Shown: positions 63,862-64,000 of the stretch, in pieces
Layout: each line of letters opens with the position of its first letter
Position numbering within the stretch: the first letter of the stretch is position 1
IMG/VR virus record: IMGVR_UViG_3300009183_000003
Span: 2,724 to 66,723 of that record
Source of the DNA: a virus
Strand: one strand, 5' to 3'
DNA length: 64,000 nucleotides
The notes under the pieces: generated by a model
Databases searched by the model: none
Told to the model about the DNA's origin: nothing
What the model saw: only the letters and a program-made list of their open reading frames with translations
Position numbers and translations under genes: made by a program

Positions 63862-63863
63862 TT

Positions 63864-64000
63864 ATGAAAAAATATAAAGCAATAAACGAAAGTAGTTGGG
63901 TAAGGCTTATCGATGTTACTATAACAGAAGGTGAAGCTCTTATACTTAACACCGGTACTGAAGAACAGATAGCTGCATTAGAGGAAGATATTAAACTTCG
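63864..64000 (+). CDS. hypothetical protein, 3' truncated
   Basis: ATG 63864, open to the window end (MKKYKAINESSWVRL...). Confidence 0.55.
   Translation, partial: MKKYKAINESSWVRLIDVTITEGEALILNTGTEEQIAALEEDIKL

Noticed and set aside
25170-64000. Stop-codon reassignment (TAG or TGA) as in some crAss-like phages
   Set aside because: Code-11 ORFs tile the region without fragmentation, including an 11.3-kb gene; TGA and TAG end genes at sensible places
1-64000. Prophage or temperate lifestyle
   Set aside because: No integrase, repressor/antirepressor pair or flanking bacterial housekeeping genes are visible in the window

Overview
The window appears to be most of the genome of a lytic crAss-like (Crassvirales-related) podophage of a Bacteroidota host, read in the standard bacterial code; both ends cut tail-region genes. 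Host assignment rests on about 18 intergenic TAnnTTTG promoter elements, the lack of Shine-Dalgarno motifs and a DUF3127 SSB. Layout: (1) end of the tail module and small genes (1-2153, +); (2) a minus-strand arm (2183-25033) with RusA, GroES, spanin-like genes, a RecT/YqaJ pair, a ~5 kb block of small acidic putative early genes next to a G-rich non-coding terminus-like segment, a C5-MTase/PAPS-reductase/nuclease cassette, a DnaA-domain-IV protein, primase-helicase and replication initiator; (3) a plus-strand arm (25170-64000) with SSB, metallophosphoesterase, tandem GroES, terminase, portal, capsid, ring/muzzle proteins, cargo proteins including a 3777-aa giant, ferritin, lysis genes and a tail fibre. 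I saw no DNA polymerase, RNA polymerase motif, integrase, tRNA or CRISPR array. The most interesting signals are non-coding: two ~80-nt promoter-to-terminator RNAs that look antisense to translation-initiation regions of the phage's own genes, a switch-like leader on the replication operon, and a multi-stem ~108-nt RNA. An overprinted reading frame also lies inside the MTase. All calls are from reading motifs by eye; no database searches were run.
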